Origin: Escherichia phage wV7
Sequence record: NC_019505.1
Strand: one strand, 5' to 3'
DNA length: 64,000 bases
The notes below the pieces were generated by a model. That model was not told the DNA's origin and made no database searches. It saw nothing but the letters and a program-made list of their open reading frames with translations. The position numbers and the translations under genes were made by a program. Shown one piece after another: positions 45,491 through 55,314 of this stretch (its first letter is position 1; the number at the start of each line of letters is the position of its first letter).

Positions 45491-46413
45491 TTCAATACCT
45501 CAATAGCATTACGTAAACCATTTGCTTTGGCGGTTAAAGCCTTAAGAACTTTAGTATGCTCTTCAATTTGTTTTTCAACTTCAGTCAAACGGACATTGAG
45601 ATATTCACGTTCTTCTTTCATAGTATCATTTCCATGATTGGATTTTGGTATAGGTTTAAATTCACTAGGGTCCTTTAATTTAATAACAAATTTAGTTTCA
45701 AACAGTGAAAGACCATAATTCGTATTATCATCAAAGGATTTGACTACATCCATATCAGATAATAACACGCGCAAATTATAAGCCAAAGAACTAATAGTTT
45801 CATTGTGTTTATTAGCTTCGCGTGGTTTCATATACGGAAGATTTTTATATATCTCATGCGGAGCGCAAACGATAATTGACAATTCAAATTGTCCATTCTG
45901 GGACAATGGAATGAATTTAGCCGTAACCCAGTCTTTTACATTCACATTAATAGTACGGTTATCACCATGACAAAACAGTCTACGAGAATGCTTAAAAAGC
46001 ATATTCACGTTATTATTGAATTCGTGTGAAAATTCACTAGCAAATTTTTCTTTACTATCTTTAGAAAACCATTCTTCTAAATAAGTTCTTTTCACGTCGT
46101 TAATAATATTAAATGTAACAACACTAGCATTTGATACATTAGTCTTAATGTAGCTTGGATACATAAATTTTTTAACATTATTAACAGCTATCACAGAAGA
46201 TAGTAATCGGGAACGTTTGAACCACTCGAGCAAAGAACCAAGAGAATGTGAATACGCATTTTGTGTATCTTTACAAATATGGTTTTCCCATCCAATATAG
46301 TCTAAAAAATCACGAAGAATATTATTGATTACTGCTCTGTGTCCGATTTGATAATTACGGTGTTTAGTAATAAGACTGTCAAAATAATCAATATAATGTT
46401 TACGAGTTTTCAT
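45487..46413 (-). CDS. hypothetical protein with C-terminal coiled coil (array member 1)
   Basis: 308 aa; heptad-like C-terminal ~40 aa. Confidence 0.5.
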   Translation of the reverse strand: MKTRKHYIDYFDSLITKHRNYQIGHRAVINNILRDFLDYIGWENHICKDTQNAYSHSLGSLLEWFKRSRLLSSVIAVNNVKKFMYPSYIKTNVSNASVVTFNIINDVKRTYLEEWFSKDSKEKFASEFSHEFNNNVNMLFKHSRRLFCHGDNRTINVNVKDWVTAKFIPLSQNGQFELSIIVCAPHEIYKNLPYMKPREANKHNETISSLAYNLRVLLSDMDVVKSFDDNTNYGLSLFETKFVIKLKDPSEFKPIPKSNHGNDTMKEEREYLNVRLTEVEKQIEEHTKVLKALTAKANGLRNAIEVLK

Positions 46414-46465
46414 GTTCTTCTCACTTGGTTAATGATTTATACTCCGAGCCATCCTTGGCTTTAAA

Positions 46466-47467
46466 TTACTTAATTAACTGTAAAGCTTGTTCAAGACGAT
46501 CAAGACGATTAACGGATTCTTCCCAAATCTTTTTAGCCTGCTCATATTCTTTCTGCGCTTTATTAGAAATTTCTAGAACTTCTTTATAAGCTTTTTCTAG
46601 TGCAATAACTTCTGGACGAATTTCTACCGGTTCAGGTGAATCATCAAGATTATCCATTAGTTCCTCAAGGGTAGTTTCTTCTTTAGGAGTATTCACAATT
46701 TCATCACATTTTTGTTGGTAAATTTCTTTATCAGTAGGTGAATAAGCACATTTCACTTCACGAAGACTAACTACAATTTTATATCCTTCCCAGCCGCATA
46801 TATTCTTAAAAGGATAAGTATGAATATTTTCTACTGTTTCCATACAGCCCAAAACCGCCTCTAATTGATAAGTTATAGTGCTAGCAATTGAGAAAAATTT
46901 ATTAATATTCTTTTGGTTAGCGTTTGGTGTAAAAAATCCATAATTCACAAAAATAGCTACTTTATTTTCATCAAGCTCATATTCTTTTACGATAATCATA
47001 TCAGAAGCCAAAGGATGAATTTGACGATAATCGCCATAACATAATTTAGAAGCTGATTTTAGAATTTGTCCTTTGAAAAGTCTGAAATTACTAATCCAAC
47101 GACGAGTAAAAATATTCTCAGGGTCTTCTTTATTATTAAGATGATAAGAATTAACATCACCGAACCAATTATATCCTACTACATCTTTAGTTCGTTTAAT
47201 TTCTTTCCCAAATTTACTAAGAATATCTCTGTTGACTAAGTATGAAAGAAGACGAGACCCTTTAAAGGTTTTCTTAATGTCATCTTTATCTGTACGACTA
47301 GAAATTTTACGAACTTCATGAATAAATTTGCCGGAAGAAACAATACTTGCATCAGTATTATTGAGCCATTGATTGATAATAGAAATCACACTATTCTTAC
47401 TAGACATAGGTTTAACTTTATCATCAATAACGCTGTTGAACGATTTAATATATTCGTTGCGAGTCAT
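46466..47467 (-). CDS. hypothetical protein with C-terminal coiled coil (array member 2)
   Basis: Start at M11 with GAGGAG RBS; shares W...LF-x-Q-x-LK-x-AS-x-L block with member 3. Confidence 0.5.
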   Translation of the reverse strand: MTRNEYIKSFNSVIDDKVKPMSSKNSVISIINQWLNNTDASIVSSGKFIHEVRKISSRTDKDDIKKTFKGSRLLSYLVNRDILSKFGKEIKRTKDVVGYNWFGDVNSYHLNNKEDPENIFTRRWISNFRLFKGQILKSASKLCYGDYRQIHPLASDMIIVKEYELDENKVAIFVNYGFFTPNANQKNINKFFSIASTITYQLEAVLGCMETVENIHTYPFKNICGWEGYKIVVSLREVKCAYSPTDKEIYQQKCDEIVNTPKEETTLEELMDNLDDSPEPVEIRPEVIALEKAYKEVLEISNKAQKEYEQAKKIWEESVNRLDRLEQALQLIK

Positions 47468-47495
47468 ATTAATCTCCTCAGTAGAAAGTAAGAAC

Positions 47496-47525
47496 ATTAT
47501 ACCACATCCTTGTGGCGAAGTAAAC
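47496..47525 (-). promoter_or_regulatory. T4-type early promoter
   Basis: GTTTAC ... TGGTATAAT upstream of 46466..47467. Confidence 0.6.
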
Positions 47526-48544
47526 TAGTTTAGTGCATTTAGTGCATTGTTCAGTTTAGAACGTTGCTTTGTCAGATTTTGAACCCTTGACTGAGCTTGT
47601 TCTAACACCTTTTCAGCTTCTAGCACTTCATTGGTCGCTTTAACGAGTTCATCATCTACTGCCTTAAGAGACTTCTCAATCGCATCCGCGTGCCATTTTT
47701 CAACAGGTTTAAGACTCGGATTTTCAATAGGAAGAAAATTCACTTTATTAAATTTCCATGCATCTTTATTACCTGAGCTATACATCCAAAATTTAGGATC
47801 GTTTGATGAGCAATTAGATAAATTTAAGTTATCTTGCACTTCCTGCTTTTTCTCTTGCGGGACTTCATCCTTTCTCAAAAAATCGTATTTAAATGAAACG
47901 ATCATATCAAGTTCATACGTTGTTGTATGTTCCCAATTTCGCTCAAAATGAGGTAAAATCTTAGACCGAACAGCGGCAACAACATCCATATACTTAAATG
48001 CTTCTGTCAACTGTGATTTAAGGCATTCACAAATTGAAAGAGAATTTTTTGTATTAGGTTTAAAGCTAATTCGTGCAGTTCTATTATTTTCTTTTAATGG
48101 TCTTACTTCCATCTGAAGAGTATAACCATCAAATTTCAGGTTCTTTAAGTTAATGTCAGAACCTTTTAATCGACTAGCCGTCGACAAAATTTGCTTTAAT
48201 TGTTTACGGAATAGAGCAATAAATCTCCATTCAAGACGGTAATGATTTGGATTAAAAAATCCTGTTGATAAATCAACCTTACTCTGACCAACGCCTTGAA
48301 CAAATAGAGGATTTTTATAATCAATAGTTTTACAGAAATCGGTGAGCTGTTCGCGAGCAGTCATTTGCGTAATATATCCAGCTTTATCAAAATGTCGCAG
48401 CCATTCACTGCTATTCATATACTTAAAGTGAATGGAACTATTAACTCTATCAGGGTCTAAATTATTTTGGCACAAAAATGTCATAACATCACGAGTATAG
48501 CTGGCATTACGAACCATATCTTCAATTTGAGAACGAGTTTTCAT
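47525..48544 (-). CDS. hypothetical protein with C-terminal coiled coil (array member 3)
   Basis: 339 aa; begins MKTR like member 1. Confidence 0.5.
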   Translation of the reverse strand: MKTRSQIEDMVRNASYTRDVMTFLCQNNLDPDRVNSSIHFKYMNSSEWLRHFDKAGYITQMTAREQLTDFCKTIDYKNPLFVQGVGQSKVDLSTGFFNPNHYRLEWRFIALFRKQLKQILSTASRLKGSDINLKNLKFDGYTLQMEVRPLKENNRTARISFKPNTKNSLSICECLKSQLTEAFKYMDVVAAVRSKILPHFERNWEHTTTYELDMIVSFKYDFLRKDEVPQEKKQEVQDNLNLSNCSSNDPKFWMYSSGNKDAWKFNKVNFLPIENPSLKPVEKWHADAIEKSLKAVDDELVKATNEVLEAEKVLEQAQSRVQNLTKQRSKLNNALNALN

Positions 48545-48552
48545 GGTGTTCC

Positions 48553-49440
48553 TTAAGATTTAAGTAAATCAACAATTTTAATTAATTTTTCACGTTCAGA
48601 TTTAGCTTTACTACTCAATCCAGATAGTCTGAATATTTCATCATCATATTGTTGAATAGAAATATTTAGCTCTTCAATTTGCTTATTAAAATAATCAATT
48701 TGTTCAGAATGTTTTTCGTTACTACGAACTGGTACAGGTTTTGTAGGTAATTTAGATGAACTGGATTCATCCGGGCGATAAATTAAAATACAACTTGAAC
48801 CAATTGGACATTTTGCACCAGATGAATATTCTAATGTTCCGGCTTCTTTTAAAACTTCAAAAGCTAAACAGAGATGATGCCCCATATTAACATAATCTGT
48901 AGAGCGAGCTCTGACGTAATAATCATCTCCGCGAATACTAAATTTAAAGCATTTAAGGTCTTCTGTATTATTTGTCTTAAAAATCATTTGTTTATCTAGA
49001 CCTTTAGCTAATCGAGCGCCTAATGCTAATAATCGTCGTTGATTTTCCCACAAATCAGCGATCATTTGGTCAAATGATAATTTCGGCATTAGTCGACCAT
49101 AAAGGTCATATCCTTTATTATAATTGCGAAGGATTTCACTCGCATTAATACGAGACAACGCTCCAATTTTATTAAGGGCTTTCATGATGCGATTAGATAA
49201 ACCCATTCCAGACCCGTTTGTTCGTTGTAAATGTTTATCTAATCCAAACCCAATATCAACTTTAAATTTATCTAAAATTTCAGCATGAACATCTCTGTCA
49301 ATAACATTCAAATCCAAAGTTGGGTTAAATCTATGAAAAAATTTATCTGGCTCTCCACGACGAAGTATAGTCCATTCATTTAATTTTTTATTAACTAAAG
49401 ATTTAATTACTGTATTGACATTATTAATTACTACTGACAT
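48553..49440 (-). CDS. hypothetical protein with C-terminal coiled coil (array member 4)
   Basis: Start at M6; C-terminal coiled coil. Confidence 0.5.
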   Translation of the reverse strand: MSVVINNVNTVIKSLVNKKLNEWTILRRGEPDKFFHRFNPTLDLNVIDRDVHAEILDKFKVDIGFGLDKHLQRTNGSGMGLSNRIMKALNKIGALSRINASEILRNYNKGYDLYGRLMPKLSFDQMIADLWENQRRLLALGARLAKGLDKQMIFKTNNTEDLKCFKFSIRGDDYYVRARSTDYVNMGHHLCLAFEVLKEAGTLEYSSGAKCPIGSSCILIYRPDESSSSKLPTKPVPVRSNEKHSEQIDYFNKQIEELNISIQQYDDEIFRLSGLSSKAKSEREKLIKIVDLLKS

Positions 49441-49451
49441 ATTTTTCTCAC

Positions 49452-49856
49452 TCAATTTTCAATTTTACTAAATACACAGAATATGATGGAAAAGACTATA
49501 TAAGCACTGCATACAGATTGAACTAATACCATTCCAAAGAACCAAACAATATTATCAAACCATGTCTGTTTTACGTCGAAAGGACGTAAACTTACAGTAA
49601 TATTATCGCCTTTTTCTATTGATGAATACATCTCTGGTGAAATATATTCGCTAAATCTATAACCGTCTTTGAGTTCATATACGGCAATAAACGATAAACT
49701 AGACCCCTTTCCTTGAGTTCCTGTAAAGGTATTAACTACAGTAACATCATAATCTTTATAATGCATATAATCATTAATTGCGTAATAACCATATGCAATT
49801 ACTATACATAAACAACATATCAATAAATTCAATCTTTTAATTATCAACTGTTTCAT
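49452..49856 (-). CDS. membrane protein (N- and C-terminal TM segments)
   Basis: 134 aa; hydrophobic segments at both ends. Confidence 0.5.
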   Translation of the reverse strand: MKQLIIKRLNLLICCLCIVIAYGYYAINDYMHYKDYDVTVVNTFTGTQGKGSSLSFIAVYELKDGYRFSEYISPEMYSSIEKGDNITVSLRPFDVKQTWFDNIVWFFGMVLVQSVCSAYIVFSIIFCVFSKIEN

Positions 49857-49911
49857 AATAATCTCAATTAAAAGGGCTTAGAACCATTATACCATCCTTG
49901 GTATAAAGCGG

Positions 49912-50439
49912 TTATGCGAGTACCGTCTTTAACCGTTCTTCAAACTTCCGAAGAGTATTTTGGCGTTCAGCTCTTTGCTTTTTGTAAGTTTCAATACGCT
50001 CTGAAATGAGAGTGTATCGTTCATTTACTGATTCTTTCATAAAATCAGGAATTTCACGAGAAGCTTTAATCTCATCAAATTTATCAATAACAGCTTGCTC
50101 TTCAGCAATTAAGTTATCATACATCAAAATATCTTTCTTGATGAACTCAATATCTTCTTGAGTTACACGAGATAATTTAGATGCTTTATCCTTTTTGTAC
50201 TGTTCGTTAGTATCACGAGACCAGTGTAATGTACGATTTTTATTCGTATTCTTGTAAATTTCTACAATACCAATCTCATCAATAATAACGATCCAATTCC
50301 AACGGGATTTGTAAATTTGTCCTCCATCAACTGTGATTTCACCTCCGATTGAGATGTCATTAAAGAACTTGCTTTGTGCTTCAGATTTAAATTTACCATC
50401 GTTGTAATTTACCAGGTTGAAAATATCTTTAGCGTTCAT
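49912..50439 (-). CDS. hypothetical protein
   Basis: Start at M21 with GGAGG RBS; track N-terminal extension runs through the promoter. Confidence 0.5.
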   Translation of the reverse strand: MNAKDIFNLVNYNDGKFKSEAQSKFFNDISIGGEITVDGGQIYKSRWNWIVIIDEIGIVEIYKNTNKNRTLHWSRDTNEQYKKDKASKLSRVTQEDIEFIKKDILMYDNLIAEEQAVIDKFDEIKASREIPDFMKESVNERYTLISERIETYKKQRAERQNTLRKFEERLKTVLA

Positions 50440-50467
50440 TTTGTGTTCCTCCGTAGTTGATAGTTGT

Positions 50468-50497
50468 ATAGTACCACAGAGGAACGGTCTTGTAAAC
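50468..50497 (-). promoter_or_regulatory. T4-type early promoter with conserved leader
   Basis: GTTTAC ... TGGTACTATACAACTATC module. Confidence 0.55.
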
Positions 50498-50499
50498 AA

Positions 50500-50802
50500 C
50501 TAAAAGAAACTTCTTTCACAATTTTTTCCACTGAACCACGCACTCACTGCTTTCTTAGTCTCAGGAGCAGTGTTATCCATAAACCATTCAAAGGCAGCCT
50601 TTTTATGATTCTGGAGGGCTTCTCGGGCTTTAATCTGCTCACGGTCTATTAACACTAACATATGAGCCTTTCTTGTCACCAGGGGCTTCTTATGATTTTT
50701 TGAATACTCCCAATCATTTGTCCATCGCATCGTTGTTGCGAATTGAAGTACAGCTTCCTTAATCTTAGTTTCGTAAATTTCACGAGCCTTTGAGTATAAC
50801 AT
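50500..50802 (-). CDS. hypothetical protein
   Basis: Start at M5 with GGAGG RBS. Confidence 0.45.
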   Translation of the reverse strand: MLYSKAREIYETKIKEAVLQFATTMRWTNDWEYSKNHKKPLVTRKAHMLVLIDREQIKAREALQNHKKAAFEWFMDNTAPETKKAVSAWFSGKNCERSFF

Positions 50803-50903
50803 CACTACCTCCATTTACCAGTTTAATTCTAGTCATCTTTTTGATGGCAGTCCATATAATCTATTTCTGAACTGCCTTTTTGTCATAGAAGTCCTCTTAT
50901 GAA

Positions 50904-51872
50904 TTATTTCAGAAGAGTAACCTCAGCGATTTCTTCCCAACCGTTTTTGTCGGTCATAATAAAGTCAGCAAGATAAAGAGCAGTACGCAGTGAAACATTG
51001 CGTAAACGATTAACATTGACTTTCATCCATGATAATGCTTTATAAGTTTCTTCATCAGAAAGACCGCGTTTTTGCATCATGTCAGTTGAAAGAATAACAT
51101 CTTCAACCCTGACCATAATTTCTTCATTAGTGTGAACACCCAAATCCAAATAAACTGAGCGGGACACTAGTGCTTGTAAATGTGGAGCAAGTTTAGTACC
51201 ACGGTCTAATTCGCGGTCAATGTCAACGTTTGTGATAAAAACAATCGTTCCTTTAAATTCAAACTCACGCTCAATGCCTTTTTCTTCTAAGTAAGAAGAT
51301 GCAGTGCTCCAGCAGACTTTACGGGTCTCTCCAGTGTCCAGAGCAGCTTTCAGAAGATTAAGAATGTCCATATCAGAGAAAACATCCACATCATCAATCA
51401 AAAGGACAGAATTCTCTTCACGATTATTCCAAAGCTGTTCATAAAGACCGATACCAGAGATTTTACCATTAATGCTTTTATACTCAATGTATCCAATATC
51501 ATTTGCTTTATTTAAAGCTTTATCCAAAGAATACGTTTTACCAATACCTGCCGCACCAGAGATAATTAATGAACGAATGTTTCCGTTAATAATACCATTC
51601 GTCATCATTCCCATAACATTAAATCTTTTATTAATGCGGGTTTTCATATCTTCATATGATTCTTTAACTTCTTCAACTTTTACACCATCATATGAAATGT
51701 CTGATTTGTAAACCCAAACACCGCGACGTTTACCGTCAATTTCAACAAAAACTTTACCATCTCCTTGTGCATCTACCGGAGCATTATCTGGGAACCATTC
51801 ACCTAAGAGCTCAAAAGTTCCAGAGATTTCTTTACCAAAGTAGATACCCTTATTGATAGTTACAGTTTTCAT
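50904..51872 (-). CDS. P-loop NTPase (AAA-like ATPase)
   Basis: Walker A SGAAGIGKT and Walker B VLLIDDVD; ~90-aa N-terminal domain; start at M5. Confidence 0.55.
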   Translation of the reverse strand: MKTVTINKGIYFGKEISGTFELLGEWFPDNAPVDAQGDGKVFVEIDGKRRGVWVYKSDISYDGVKVEEVKESYEDMKTRINKRFNVMGMMTNGIINGNIRSLIISGAAGIGKTYSLDKALNKANDIGYIEYKSINGKISGIGLYEQLWNNREENSVLLIDDVDVFSDMDILNLLKAALDTGETRKVCWSTASSYLEEKGIEREFEFKGTIVFITNVDIDRELDRGTKLAPHLQALVSRSVYLDLGVHTNEEIMVRVEDVILSTDMMQKRGLSDEETYKALSWMKVNVNRLRNVSLRTALYLADFIMTDKNGWEEIAEVTLLK

Positions 51873-51906
51873 TTTATTCTCCAAATCCGTATCAGTTGAT
51901 AGTTGT

Positions 51907-51936
51907 ATAGTACCATAAAGCTTTATGCTTGTAAAC
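51907..51936 (-). promoter_or_regulatory. T4-type early promoter with conserved leader
   Basis: GTTTAC ... TGGTACTATACAACTATC module upstream of the ATPase gene. Confidence 0.55.
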
Positions 51937-51957
51937 CGTTTTGTGAAAAATTTTTGA

Positions 51958-51985
51958 AATAAAAAAGGGAGCCCGAAGGCTCCCT
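51958..51985 (-). terminator. intrinsic terminator downstream of nucleotidyltransferase-like gene
   Basis: GGGAGCC-UUCG-GGCUCCC then UUUUUUAUUU. Confidence 0.65.
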
Positions 51986-51986
51986 A

Positions 51987-53000
51987 TCATTTATAATAAC
52001 TTCGATGGTTTTCAAGATAGACCTTCTCAAGGAAGTCATCCCAGAAACCCATGTCTACTTTTTGCTGCATACCGTTCTTAGAAGCTTCAATAGATGCTGC
52101 TTCTACTTGATCGACCACATCTTCCAAAAACTCTTGAACCGTTTTAAATGGATGTTTACCCAACTTCACGTCGAGAATAAATGGAGCATCTTGAAGTGGA
52201 TAAATCAAGTCGCCAGTTTTGTAAATTTCCAATAGTTGGAGTCCACCACGACAAGCATGGCTCAGAGCTTTCCAGTCAATACCTTCATTGGCTTCAGCCT
52301 TACGAGCGCGTTCACCATATTCAGCATCTAATTTGTTCAGTGACTGCTTAAGCTCAATAAGAGAAAGCGTTGTCTGATATTTACGACCCAATACAGTGTA
52401 GAACGTTTGTGGGCCTGTTTTCTCATGATTATGGAACACCCATTCACAGAATTCGTTTTCTGGAAGACGATGCTTAATATCTTCAACTTTAGTGCGACGC
52501 TGCTTAATAGAACCATCTTCTTGGTAATCAATCCACTGCTCAGGGATTTGATTAACTACTTTCAATACATCGCGTAATGCAGCCAAACGAGAACCCTTGA
52601 CGCCGTATTTAGAAGCTTGCTTGCGGACATATCCTAAATATGATTTCATGTTAGTCGTATAAAAACGATAACGGTTGTCTTGAATAAACTTCCACACATC
52701 AGGCAAATCAGATTTAACCACTAGCTCAGGTGGGGTGTGAAGCATATCTAATGCTACAGTTTCACCATCTGCTGCTAATTTAAAGAAATATTTAAGACTG
52801 TATAGTTCATGGTCAATATCATCTTTAGTGTTTTTAGATGATGTGTTGTTAGTGTTTTTACTCATGTGCTCTTTAACGTTTCCGATAAGAATATCACGAG
52901 CAGGAGGAACAAAGATTTCTTTAAAATCTACATCAGATTCTGGAGTAGAAGTTCCATAAAGATGACTACCAAAATAGCTTTTCATTACTGTTTTCATCAT
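51987..53000 (-). CDS. Pol-beta-superfamily nucleotidyltransferase-like protein
   Basis: 337 aa; N-terminal GSHLYGTSTPESDVDF matches the GS-x(9-13)-DxD NTase signature. Confidence 0.5.
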   Translation of the reverse strand: MMKTVMKSYFGSHLYGTSTPESDVDFKEIFVPPARDILIGNVKEHMSKNTNNTSSKNTKDDIDHELYSLKYFFKLAADGETVALDMLHTPPELVVKSDLPDVWKFIQDNRYRFYTTNMKSYLGYVRKQASKYGVKGSRLAALRDVLKVVNQIPEQWIDYQEDGSIKQRRTKVEDIKHRLPENEFCEWVFHNHEKTGPQTFYTVLGRKYQTTLSLIELKQSLNKLDAEYGERARKAEANEGIDWKALSHACRGGLQLLEIYKTGDLIYPLQDAPFILDVKLGKHPFKTVQEFLEDVVDQVEAASIEASKNGMQQKVDMGFWDDFLEKVYLENHRSYYK

Positions 53001-53458
53001 TCAGCCTTATATTCAATAACAGGACATACTTTAGCTTTACGAGCTTTTAAAAATTCAACGATAATCGATTTCTTGGGTTGAATAGGAGGTAAACCTTTAT
53101 TTTTCCTATCAATGTTTTCTACGTGTAAAGCATAATCCTTTTTCCATTTATAATCTTTATATTTTTCACGCAAATGTGCAGGAATAACAAATGAACCGAT
53201 AATAAGTAAAACAACCAAAAGCGCAAGTATAAATGCCGATGGAAGAAGAGCCCATAAACTACCGAAAATAAGCCAACGTTGTAGGCTTTCTGCACAAATA
53301 ATTGTTAACCCTACGAGTATAGCACACCCAAAAATAGAAACGAAAAATGTAGGTATGGCAATAGACCAAAAATATGCGCATAGTGTCTTAGGTCGTTGCC
53401 ATTCATCGTTAAACAATTTGAATAATTTATAGTGCCAAGAGTTTTCATTAATAATCAT
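52997..53458 (-). CDS. membrane protein
   Basis: 153 aa; 2-3 predicted TM segments. Confidence 0.5.
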   Translation of the reverse strand: MIINENSWHYKLFKLFNDEWQRPKTLCAYFWSIAIPTFFVSIFGCAILVGLTIICAESLQRWLIFGSLWALLPSAFILALLVVLLIIGSFVIPAHLREKYKDYKWKKDYALHVENIDRKNKGLPPIQPKKSIIVEFLKARKAKVCPVIEYKAE

Positions 53459-53460
53459 AA

Positions 53461-53982
53461 TTATCCTTTCATTGAAGGCGTAACGGTTGTTAAATACTTA
53501 ATCATAGCTTCAGCTTCTGATTTTGATAGTGAAATTTCTTCACCGTTTTGGCGAATAGAAACAAAATCTGGATGACGATCACCACCAGCTTTTAAAACAC
53601 ACATATAAGTATCAGCTTCGCCTTCAATATTTGAAATGATTGAAGCAGTTCCACACGAATGTGGTTTTTGATAAATCAATACAGCTTTTCTTCCACCATT
53701 TGACTGTTCATAGGCTTTTAATACATCAAACAAATCAGTTCTTTTATCAATAGCTAAAATGTTATTTTCATCTTCAATGTTAAATCCTTCGGATACTTCA
53801 TAAAGCGTTACCCATAAATCGCCAATATCAATAACAGCATTTACTTTTCCACGGCTTTCAAGAGTATGACAAATTTTCTTGATTTCGTCATAACTCATTT
53901 TAATAATATCATCTCCTTGACTAAGAAAGATGTCATTTTTAAATTCAACACGAATTAAACCGCTTCCACTTGAAATAAACAT
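53461..53982 (-). CDS. hypothetical protein (paralog pair)
   Basis: 173 aa; C-terminus IKYLTTVTPSMKG similar to upstream neighbour. Confidence 0.45.
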   Translation of the reverse strand: MFISSGSGLIRVEFKNDIFLSQGDDIIKMSYDEIKKICHTLESRGKVNAVIDIGDLWVTLYEVSEGFNIEDENNILAIDKRTDLFDVLKAYEQSNGGRKAVLIYQKPHSCGTASIISNIEGEADTYMCVLKAGGDRHPDFVSIRQNGEEISLSKSEAEAMIKYLTTVTPSMKG

Positions 53983-53988
53983 ATTTCC

Positions 53989-54543
53989 TCACTTTGAAAT
54001 CATAGTTGGAATAACAGAATCAAGATAAGTCTTTAGTGCAATAGTTTCGTCTTTGGTAAATGTGACAATATGTGCTCGAAAATCATCAATTTGACGAATA
54101 GTTAAGACATCTCCATCTTCATAACATTTTGATACGTTTAAAACAGTTTCATCATTCTGATTGCAAGCGTTAGTAATAATAGCATTGCAATTTTTAAACC
54201 ATTTTAAACTATGTTTTCTTTCATTAGAATAATAAAAATATTTAATCTTATCTATAAAACTATCCCAATGGATAACTGATAAGCATATTGACTCGCTTTC
54301 AATATTAAATCCTGGGCATGAAGAATAAAAATGAATTTTATGCTCATCATTAATGCTTATAATTTTATCAGTATAAGGATTTTCAATTTTGGTTAAATGA
54401 ATGATTTCACTAGGCGTAAAATACAGCATATCGTCTTCTTGTGTCAAACGATACATATTATTTACTTTTTCTATAGCCAATTCACCAAAAAGTGAACTAA
54501 CTTCTAATACTAATCGTTTCATATTAATCCTTTTTAATGGCAT
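53989..54543 (-). CDS. hypothetical protein (paralog pair)
   Basis: 184 aa; C-terminus LKTYLDSVIPTMISK. Confidence 0.45.
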   Translation of the reverse strand: MPLKRINMKRLVLEVSSLFGELAIEKVNNMYRLTQEDDMLYFTPSEIIHLTKIENPYTDKIISINDEHKIHFYSSCPGFNIESESICLSVIHWDSFIDKIKYFYYSNERKHSLKWFKNCNAIITNACNQNDETVLNVSKCYEDGDVLTIRQIDDFRAHIVTFTKDETIALKTYLDSVIPTMISK

Positions 54544-54802
54544 GAATTTGTTCTAAAATTTTAGAGTATTCCTTTATATCAGATTTACGTACAATCGATA
54601 CACTATAAGGCATACTATCGGTGTCTTTTATAAAGCGTTCCAAATGACACTCTAACAAAATTTCTGGATTATAAATCGTGTACATCAAATTACCTGTTGC
54701 TCCACGATATTGACAGATTTCTACTGATTGAGCATCATTCCACAATTTTGTTAAGACTAAATCACCTACTTCTAATTTAGGAAAGCCCATGTTATTCACC
54801 AA
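54524..54802 (-). CDS. hypothetical protein
   Basis: 92-aa ORF. Confidence 0.45.
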   Translation of the reverse strand: MVNNMGFPKLEVGDLVLTKLWNDAQSVEICQYRGATGNLMYTIYNPEILLECHLERFIKDTDSMPYSVSIVRKSDIKEYSKILEQIHAIKKD

Positions 54803-54977
54803 TTAAAGTTTCAATATAAGAATCAAGATTTACTTTAGCTTCTTCCATAAGAGTTTTGTATTTAATCTTGATAGCATGTCCGGAGAAAGCTGATTCATCA
54901 ATAACTGTTGCTGTATGAACAGCTTTGCTATATGTTTCAATTAATTCTCTTAATTTAAAAGCCTGCTCACTCGTCAT
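54792..54977 (-). CDS. small helical protein (family member)
   Basis: 61 aa MTSEQAFKLRELIETY...; member of ~60-aa family. Confidence 0.45.
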   Translation of the reverse strand: MTSEQAFKLRELIETYSKAVHTATVIDESAFSGHAIKIKYKTLMEEAKVNLDSYIETLIGE

Positions 54978-55108
54978 TACATACTCCTCTGAATCATATC
55001 AATAATGTTGTTCACCAGATTATAAGTAAACATTGGGTAATTATATTGAATCACCACATACACAACAAACAAAACTTTCATTCTCTTCTCCTGGCAGTTG
55101 ACAAGATT

Positions 55109-55138
55109 ACTATACCATAACCTTGCCAACTTGTAAAC
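55109..55138 (-). promoter_or_regulatory. T4-type early promoter
   Basis: GTTTAC ... TGGTATAGT. Confidence 0.55.
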
Positions 55139-55140
55139 CA

Positions 55141-55314
55141 TTAAATGACGTTTTCAATAAAATTCTGAAGCTTTGTGTGAGCATCAACCATGATTTTCAT
55201 TTCTTCTTTTGCGAAAGCTGTACCTCTTTCCCGAGCAGAATACTCATAGTCAGAAACTGCATTAGCGTATTCTTCAATTAGCTTCATTAAAAACATCTGC
55301 TTTTCAGTTTTCAT
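55141..55314 (-). CDS. small helical protein (family member, 57 aa)
   Basis: Manual call MKTEKQMFLMKLIEEYANAV...; GGTGGA RBS; coordinates approximate. Confidence 0.45.
   Translation of the reverse strand: MKTEKQMFLMKLIEEYANAVSDYEYSARERGTAFAKEEMKIMVDAHTKLQNFIENVI

Noticed and set aside
54978-55108. ~34-aa ORF (MKVLFVVYVVIQ...) between an early promoter and 54792..54977
   Set aside because: Very short and overlaps promoter-like sequence; may be a leader peptide but not supportable from sequence alone.
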